This document shows, piece after piece, positions 1 to 8,900 of a stretch of DNA of 64,000 nucleotides (position 1 is its first letter; every line of letters begins with the position of its first letter). A program made the translations under genes and the position numbers. Origin of the DNA: Podarcis erhardii (taxonomy: Eukaryota); assembly GCA_964252035.1 (NCBI GenBank), contig OZ176204.1. One strand, written 5' to 3'. The notes under the pieces were generated by a model. That model was not told where the DNA came from and made no database searches. It saw only the letters and a program-made list of their open reading frames with translations.

Positions 1-380
1 GTTATCTATGAATGCGATGATATATGGAAACCATCTCGATTTGAGGATTGGACGAACGGAAAAATTCACACAGGATTATTATTGGTGTTTATCGGCTTAA
101 GGAGATTATCAGAAGAGTTCATAAAGAAAAAAGAGAAAATATACGAACAAGATGAGATGTGGAAACAGCAAGATAAGACTGGATAGAATTATGAACTTTG
201 TTTGGACTGATTTGGACATTAACTCAGTAGCAAGAAGATGATCAGAATCCCCCTTCGGATCTTGAAATATGGGCCCCCTCAACAAAATTTAAAATTCGGC
301 TTTGTAATTCGGAATTTATGTGATGTGATTTGATTTGATTTGATTGGCCGGTTAATAAAAATTATTTATATTAAAAAAAA
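1..380 (+). mobile_element. 3' end of a poly(A)-tailed retroelement (probably L1-clade ORF2 C-terminus plus 3' UTR), truncated by the window edge
   Basis: Frame 1 is open from 1 to TAG 184-186; (GATTT)n at ~325-345; AATAAA at 354-359; A8 at 373-380. Confidence 0.4.
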
Positions 381-640
381 GAAGTAGTGGGGCAGGTGAG
401 ATGCCTCCTCTTGTGTTTCTGCTGTCTGGGGCAGCTGCTTCTTCCTGCCTCATCTGTGGGCTGGCTCAGGCTACACTGAAGTCCTGGATTTCCCCAATGT
501 TTCCTATAGGCTGCTCCTCACTTCCACCACCTGGCAGGGTCTGGCACTACAATCCATGCATGCCTGCTCAGAAGCAAGTCCCACATTCAATGAGTTCAAT
601 GAGAACTGAAGTACATTCAAAGCACATTCTTGGGCAAAAG

Positions 641-714
641 ATTCCTGCATTGTGGGGGGTGGGGGTTTGGATTAGATGACCCCTGTGGTCCCATCCAACT
701 CTACAATTCTATGA
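641..714 (+). mobile_element. CR1-type 3' tail fragment (LINE or CR1-tailed SINE)
   Basis: ggattagatgacccctgtggtcccatccaactctacaattctatga matches the tail of the 9998-10144 element. Confidence 0.6.
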
Positions 715-748
715 TCCTCACACACCGAGCTGCAATTCCCACAGCTGA

Positions 749-805
749 CATAGAATTGTAGAATCTGAAGTTGGAAGGCACCCTGGGGTCATCTAGTCCA
801 ACCCT
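749..805 (-). mobile_element. CR1-type 3' tail fragment
   Basis: catagaattgtagaatctgaagttggaaggcaccctggggtcatctagtccaaccc is the reverse complement of the same tail. Confidence 0.6.
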
Positions 806-814
806 CTGGCCCTT

Positions 815-1016
815 CCTTACATATCTTTAGGCACCAGGCAAAATCATCTCTCTTCAACAAGGCTTTGGGAAGATTAACATTCTATGGACTTGTGTGTTTG
901 CGTGAGGGGGGTTACTGGTTTGTTTTTGTTTTATTTTTTTGTTTTTGTAATTTTATGTTGCAGACAGCCCTGTGATCTTTGGATGAAGAGCAGTAGACAA
1001 ATAGAATAATAAAAAC

Positions 1017-1062
<46 letters not shown>
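815..1062 (+). mobile_element. L2-like LINE 3' end ending in a (GTT)15 microsatellite (1018-1062)
   Basis: ctcttcaacaaggctttgg (LF-Q/K-AF-like) and cagccctgtgatctttggatgaagagcag tail, shared with copies at ~14370 and ~46965. Confidence 0.5.
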
Positions 1063-1194
1063 AATATGCTGCCTATCTGATTGGGTTGCCCCAGACACTC
1101 TGAGTAGCTTCTAGCAAATGATAAATAATAATGATAATAACAACAGCCACCCCCTGCAATGCAGCAATACAGATCATCCATGACCCTACGCAAA

Positions 1195-2270
1195 ACCACA
1201 GCGCTCCGAACGCGCGCCCAACGCGTGTTCCGCAGCCGCGACCCCAGGTAACCCTGCGCGGATAACCTAAAGGAGCCCGGAAGCTTCCGTTTTCACGAGG
1301 CGACACTCGCGGGCGTCTCTACTATTCGCATCTCTATGGCGGGTTCGTGGTTATCTTCTTTCCCTCCTCCCTATCTCTGCGGGCGGTCGCGGAGGAAGCC
1401 GGAAGCGGCGCCACCGGAAGCGAAGTTCAGCTGGGCGATAAGGAGGCGGGAGGGAGGGAGGGAGGGAGGAGGAGGAGGAGGAGGAGCCTAAAGGGCCGCT
1501 TCGCTGTGGTGGCTGTGAGGGAGGGCTGCGCGCGCGCTCGTTCGCCCGTGGCCGTGCGGGGAGGGGGTGGGGGTGGCCTCGCGGGCGCGCGCGGGCGAGC
1601 AAGGGGGGCCATTTTAGCGCTCGCCCAGCGGACGGCTGAGAGGGAGGCGTCGGCGCGCCAGGCCCAGGCCCCTGGGTTAACCTACCTACCCCTTACTTCG
1701 CTTCGCGGAGCCGCCCCTTCTCTTCCTCCCTTCGCTCCGTCGTCGCCTTCGCCCGGCTCCAGGAGGGGCCCGCCGCCGCCGCCATGGCGCCCCCGTGAAA
1801 GGGATTCCATTCGCTGGGCCCGGACGACGGACGAGACAACCCGCCCCCCCCCCCCAGAACCCGTCCGAGGGCCGTTTCAGCTGCTTCCCTCGCCGCCGCC
1901 TGAGGCAGCTCCGTCCGTTTCCCCCTCAAGCCCGCGGTGGGGGGCGCCGCAGCCTCCCTATTTGCCGGGCCTCCCCGCCCCCCCCGCCCCACATATCTCC
2001 TGTCTCTCAACCCCACAGTTGCCTCTCTCCTTACTCGACCCCTTTCTGTCACACTCTCTGGTGGAGCAACAGCCTTCCTGCCCCCACCTCTCCCCCCCTC
2101 CAGCTGAGAGGCGTCCTGCGAGGGGCCTCGTCTCGTTTGCGGTTTTTTTTTTTTGGGGGGGGTGTCAAAACTTCGGGGTGCGGTAGGCATGGTTTTGCAC
2201 ATGTGCACTCGCCTGACATCCCAAGTTCCCTTGCCAAACGCTGGTGGCTTATAGACGGGCCTCGGTGAGC
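1195..2270. promoter_or_regulatory. CpG island; ZSWIM8 promoter and 5' region
   Basis: Abrupt rise in GC and CpG density against the AT-rich flanks. Contains ETS cores (CGGAAGCTTCCG 1278-1289; CCGGAAGC at 1399 and 1414), GC-box-like runs and GCGCGCGC at ~1530 and ~1585. Lies immediately upstream of the first coding exon. Confidence 0.85.
1784..1798 (+). other. Putative upstream ORF ATG GCG CCC CCG TGA (MAPP*)
   Basis: GCCGCCGCCATGG is a perfect Kozak context, and the stop follows after 4 codons. Inclusion in the mRNA is inferred. Confidence 0.45.
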
Positions 2271-2743
2271 CCCCTGTTTGCATGCAGTTTCCTCTGGGTG
2301 GGGTTTTTATTTTTTATATCCCTCCCCTTTTTTCTGCTTTTTTTTGGGGGGGGGGTTGGAAACCTCCCTTATTTCAGCCTCTCCCGCGTTTTTGCTAAAT
2401 ACAGGTGTCCACATGCCAGCCAAGCCAAGGAGCTGTTTGTGTGTTTGCACTTTTTCTTTCTTTTGAGGAAGCCGAGTTGTGAAGACGTTGCAGCTGTGGG
2501 TGTTTTTTGGGGTTTTTTTTTTTAAAGTTGAGTGTATACGGTCAGAAATTTAGTTACGTCTGTCGCTGTAGTTGCTTGGGTTTTTGCTGGTGTTGCTCCT
2601 TCCCCCACCCACCTACCTAGTCTCCCGAGACAAATGAGCAAATTGAACTTGAAGTACTAATACAGGTTGTCCTGGAGTCCTGTCGCTGCACCTCTCTGAG
2701 AGAGAAGGCCTGCTTTTTCCCTTTCCCTGTTTTTTTGGATGTG

Positions 2744-2921
2744 ATGGAACTCATGTTTGCAGAGTGGGAGGACGGGGAAAGGTTTTCATTTGAAGATTCT
2801 GACCGCTTTGAAGAAGACTCCCTTTGTTCCTTCATCTCTGAGGCGGAGAGCTTATGCCAGAATTGGAGAGGATGGAGGAAGCAATCTGCCGGACCCAATT
2901 CCCCCACTGTCAAAATGAAAG
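2744..2921 (+). CDS. ZSWIM8: ZSWIM8 coding exon 1 (MELMFAEWEDG...PNSPTVKMK)
   Basis: ATG at 2744 in gtgATGg context; donor G|GTGAGT at 2922; phase 1. Confidence 0.95.
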
Positions 2922-5900
2922 GTGAGTGGCTGGGTATAGAAAGGAGTTGGTAAAAACACTGAGGATCGATGAGGTGCCTGTAGGCAGGCGACCAGTCAAG
3001 GTATGTTGGCAATTAGAAACAGGTGTGTGTTGAAATAGAAAAACAAAAATGTTGTAACTTGGATCAGCTGCAGACTCAGACTTGCATTAAGTAAGGGGCA
3101 TGATCCAGTGCTGCTTATTAGTCATGAACTTTAGCTGTACTCATATGCACACTAATTAGAGCTGCTTAAATTTTTTCTTTTCTACCCAAAATCTGCCATT
3201 GATAAGGACTGTCAGTGCTGCCTGCATATTCTGTGGTGTGGACTAGTTTTTTTCACAGTCTAATTAGGATATTATTGCCTGAATGAAATGCATTGCAATG
3301 ATTACTAAGAATATATAGGCATGTTGCAGTGCAGCAAGACTGACCTAGTTATATACTTAATCTTTTGCTAAGGAGATTATACCTTGCTCTGTGATAGTTG
3401 TTCTTCCTCAGTCAAAGGTTAAGTTGGTGGTTCCCAACCTGTTTGAATGTTAGTTTTTGCATACTGGGCCCCACAGTTCACCATTGATGGTACTTTTACT
3501 CAGAGTAAGGGCACAATGCAAGGAATGCAAATCAGGGATATAATAAACTGTTATTGAAATCGAGCTATAATTTGCAATATTGTCATGCAATGAAAGTAAT
3601 AATGATTCTATGATTCTATGAAGGTGAAGTCTGTCCAAAGGGGAAGCCAACTGTGTGTTCATAGATGGTGCATTTGAACAACACTTTACATTCAGAGAAG
3701 TGCTCTTTTGCTATCATGTCAACTCATGATAGAATAATTTTCTGAACCAAATAGTTGCAAATAGCTTGTTGCTATCATCCAACTTTGGTCTTTTGGTCTC
3801 TCAGATTTAATTATTGTAACTCAGTTTTTTAAAAGCAGATATCTGAGGCTGGTACACAAATTAAGGTAAAGGTAAAGGTACCCCTGCCCGTACAGGCCAG
3901 TCGTGTCCGACTCTAGGGTTGTGCGCCCATCTCACTTAAGAGGCCGGGGGCCAGCGCTGTCCGGAGACACTTCCGGGTCACGTGGCCAGCATGACATAGC
4001 TGTTCTAGCGAGCCAGCACCAGCGCAGCACACGGAAACGCTGTTTACCTTCCCGCTATAAAGCGGTACCTATTTATCTACTTGCGCTTAGGGGTGCTTTC
4101 GAACTGCTAGGTGGGCAGGAGCTGGGACTGAAAGATGGGAGCTCACCCCCCCGCGGGGATTCGAACCGCCGACCATGCTATTGGCAAGCCCTAGGCACTG
4201 AGGTTTTACCCACAGCGCCACCCGCATCCAAGGCTACACAAATTATACACTACCAAATACACATACTATGCATTTTGTGGCAGACAGTCACAATCCAGCT
4301 CCTGTCATACAACATATTTTGACATACAGGCACATCATATGCATATATGAAACGTGTTGTGTTGCCATTTAAACCAGTGAGGAGAAATTGATGGCGTGTA
4401 AATAAATATTTACAAGCCCAGTCCGTATTATAAAGTTGATCTTTATTCTTGGTTGCATGTGGTGAAGTATCTGCTCAGACCTGAGCTTGATTTTACAAGT
4501 AGTATGCTCCCTGAAGAGTGTGCCAGGTTAAATTTCCTCAGGTATTTTAATTTGTGTAATGCCTAGGCTTGGTGTATGTTTTTAGCTGCTTCCTCATATT
4601 AGAGTTAATGTTACCAGTTTTATTGTACATAATAAGGTCTTATTAATCATTAAAATTATTCATTATTTATACTTGTTCACCACCTTGGAGTCTGTTGCAT
4701 GAAGGGTAATATGTAATGTGTTAAATAAAAATAAAAAAACATTTTAGATAAACAAAATAAACAGAAATATCTGTAATAAAATATAGGTAAAATAAATGGA
4801 ACTAAAAACAAGTATTCATAATAAAATTACACGTCTGGCTAGACTTGCTGAAACAAATAAGTTTTTAGTAGGTCATATCAAATTGTGTCCCTCCCCCCAG
4901 CACTTGTTAGCATCTATAGCTAGCACTGTTACCCAGTTGTGAAAACATTCTTTGTAACTTGGGGAAGTTCAGGAATATGGTTAGGATTGCCAGATCAAAA
5001 TGTTAAAATAGTATGTTTTCTTTGCACAGGGGTTGCCAGTATGAAACTACTCAAGGCTTACTTGATAGTTGAGATTATTTTGATGGAGAGCTTTGTTGCA
5101 GGTTGTGGACAATACTATACAGCAAAACTTTGTACTATATCTAGTAGTTATAGAATGTAGTGCATATAGTGCATTAATGTATTAACTCTGATCATTGCTC
5201 AGGATGAGATAAGTGATTAACCTGTTGTCACTCAAGAGTTTGTGATCACAGACCAGAAGGTAACTTGTGCTGCTTTTAGAAAATGTTTGAGTTTGTCCCT
5301 TCTTTGGAAATAATGGTATTTTGCCTGGTGCCATGGCCTTTCTTTCCACTTAAAGTGACAACCTCCATAGAGTTGGTGGAAAATTGAATTGTTCAAGGTA
5401 AAATTGTTAAATTTCTACCTCCTAGCTAGAAAGAAAGCATTGAAAGCCATGGGGATTGAAGAAGTGAGGAGCAGGAAATTGTTAATGAAATGCAAAGAAA
5501 CTTTGTTTTTTAAACTAAGGAGTACATGGGTGTAAATGGGACTATTCATTTCTGTCTTCATAACAGCTCCTTGGGATGGGTTAGGCTGGGTTAGCTTTAG
5601 TATCTGACCCAAGGTCACCAGTGAGCTACGTGGCTGCATGGTGGTTTGAACCCAGTTCTCCTTGGTACAAGTCTAATACACTCGTGTACACTTGTGTTTT
5701 TTTAAACTATAAAAGTATAATGGCAGTAGCTTGGATACATGTTCTAAAACACATGCTTGCTACAGCTACATCAGTGGTGGAGAACCTCAGACCCAGGGGT
5801 CAAATGTGGCCCTCCAGTCTTCTCCATCTGGGCCTCGGGACTCTCCCAGGCCGTGTTACTTCTACCCAAGTCTCACTGCTCGCTGGGCCTGACTACATCC

Positions 5901-8900
5901 TCCTCAGGTACTTTTCCCTTGTTGGCATGGGTCCTTGAACTGTAATAATCATTGTGCTTTGCTTGATGGAGAGTGAAAACAGACTTAGGTTTGTGTAGAA
6001 ACCTGTATTTTGCATGCCTGTGTGTAGCCTATTGTACCAATCTCAGAATCTGTTTGTTTGTCCTCTTTTAACTCTGGTCCCACACATATTTTGTCTCTAA
6101 CCTTGCCCACCACCTCCATGTGGCCTCCAGAAGATTGCTTACAGGGGAATATGACCGTTGAGCTTAAAAAACTCCCCAACCCCTCAGCTTCATTTTCCAA
6201 GGAGCTCTTGAATGGCTGTACTTTTTTGCCCAGTCTATTAATAATCAGGAGATTTGCACGTTTGGTTCACTAGTGTGAAGTGATCCCTTAGAAATGAGAT
6301 AGGCTTATTAGGGTTCTTTTTTTCAGTTATGCCAGTGGAGAAACATAAGGTCCTCCCAGAATCCTGTAATTTACCAATAACTCTGAAGTCTTGGAGAGGT
6401 AGTTATTGTGGTATAAGGGCTTTAGCCCTTATAGTATTCAGAAATGACTTCTGTAGCTTTTTCAGTGAAGCTTAATTCATCTTAATGAATTCTGTCACTT
6501 GTCCATAATTACATTTAACTTCCTTTGATTTTTAGCACTGCATTTTATAGTGTTACAAACAAGGTTGAGGAATGAAGTGAGATGGAAATGAGCTATAATA
6601 CTTGAATGGACACTAGTTGCCACCTGCTAGAAATGTTTGTGCCTTATGATGCAGAGTAGCAAAATGTAGAAGTTTCAACAAACAGTAGGTCAGTAGGATG
6701 TCTTGAAGTTGATTAAAGAAACATTTTTATCCAGTATCAGGTCTTATTGCCCAAATACTTCAGTGTAAAAAGTATTCTACTGCATAGAATTAATTTTGTT
6801 ATTTTGAAGAAGGTTGCTCATGCTAACGGTGATATTAGATTGTGAAAAAGCGCAGTGTGGCAACACATAATATGGTAACAGAATCTACTTTCAGGATCAA
6901 AGAATTGGGTATCTGATGGATTACATGAAAAAGCTGTTCTAAATGTACTGAAACTGTTCGGTGCTGAACTCATTACAGAGGCAAGTCTGCCTGTTTACTT
7001 TAAATGGAAAAACTGAATTCACAATGTCAGTTTTCTTCTTTGTCTTTATTGCATCAGTATGGAATACTGTTGTCAGTGATCTAGGACACAATTTCCTTTG
7101 CAAAGAAAAATTGGCCACAGCACTGAAGATTTAGTCCACAGCACAATGAAAAAGGAAGTTATGCTTCCTGGTTATTCTGGGCTTAACTATGTGTTTGGCT
7201 TTTTGGCTAAATGGAGAGGTTCTATATAAATATTTTTCTAATTTACATTATAGGAAACATGTAACTTTGTTTAAGTCTGCCTTGTCTATTTACTAACACT
7301 TGAGCAAGTACTTTACTTACACATCCCCTTCATACTTCTGCATAACATAAGTGTTACAACTTGAAATAAAGATTTCATGAAAATGTATATAATTTGGGGG
7401 ATTTGGAGGTAATGTTCATCTAATTCAATCCCCAGCCCATTCATACTCGTTTGCTCTTTGATACTATTCAGTATTGTAAGCTGGTCAGGTAATGAGACTT
7501 GAGTTGAAATCTAAGCCAGACAAATTTTGTCTGGCTAGGCCTTAGCAGAGCCCAGATCAAAGTTTTGATTCATTATCTGCAGAATGAGAATAACAGTGTC
7601 TAAATTCACAGGACATACCCACCACTACCTTTCTCCTCATGAAAATGAGCTTCCTCTCTTTGTCTTCTTCAGCTACCCCACATCTTTAAAATCAGCTTCA
7701 GAGGGGTGGTGGGTCTTCCAAAGCAAATTTTGGGGACGTATAGTTGGGAGGAGAAGAAACAGAATTCCTGTTGTGTGATCGGACCACTAGTGCAGTTTGA
7801 ATACAACCCAGTAGTTTTGACGTGTTACCTGTACCAGGTGCTGTTTCAGGCAGCATCAGTCTTACAATTCCAATTAAGATTATTCAGACCAGGCTGTGTG
7901 GCTGATTAGCAGGTATGTGATTTTAAACTTCTCATCCTAAATCCTACATGTGTTTGCTTTTGTTCCATTACAGAACTGACAAAAGTGTTAATCTTAATAC
8001 TGCCAAGGTTTGGAATTTAGAAAGGTAGGAACCTTGGTATTTATGTAAACAGTTCAACTTTCTCCTAGGAAGTAACAGTGGAAATGTTTTAAAATAAATT
8101 TAGGTAGAATGAATCCATGAAGACTACAATGTTGAGACATTTAGTATATAGAGTGGCACTCACTGCACAACTAGCAGATCTGAAAGACATTTGACAGAGG
8201 AATGATTGTGCTTTGTATCAATGGAATCTGCAGGCATGAATTCTTACTCCCTCTCTCATTTCTTGAAGGGCAATGTTACAGCTTTCTGCTTATATGACAG
8301 CCTTGTTCTTATATTAAGAAATACTTGTAAAATATCTCCAAAACATGTACTGTACTTTGTATTGGATCTGGTTAATTAGCTAATAAACCACTTGTAAAAT
8401 ACTAGAGTGAGTTAACTGACTCTTTCTGGTGGGTGAAATTGGGACTTGCTATGAATTTGGGGCAGGCAGATCTTTGCTTAGAGTTTTACTTGAAGAAAGA
8501 ACTGAAAAGGTCTTAAAAAGAAGTACAGTACAGCAAAGATAATGTCTGGACTTTAAATATGTCAAATGAAAATGCAAACAATTTCTCCTTGTCTCTCGTT
8601 TGGAAAAATTGAATTTCTGGGAACCTGTTGCAACTGCAAGCATGATATGTGATCTTAAAATAGTACTATCAGTTATAAGGCTGGCGACCTTATCAAGCTC
8701 TTCAGGGTTTGCAATGTGCACATTTTCACAAATGTGACTGTCAGATTATTATTGACACTTGTGAATTTATCCTGATTACAGCCTGTTTCAGGAGATCAAT
8801 GACACCCTTTTCCTCCCTCTTGAGTTGTGCATTGCAGAGAACTCCAAAGAGAGTGTGGTCTCTTGCTTTGTGCCAAGTGGGACAGATGAAGTCCTCTGGC

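Noticed and set aside
381-1190. Upstream neighbour gene exons (e.g. CHCHD1, upstream in human)
   Set aside because: No recognisable peptide in any frame; the region is mostly repeat fragments.
1347-2283. Long Pro/Arg/Gly-rich ORFs on both strands in the ORF track (e.g. 1347..2186, 1693..2283)
   Set aside because: Expected in a GC-rich, stop-poor CpG island; low complexity and no recognisable domain.
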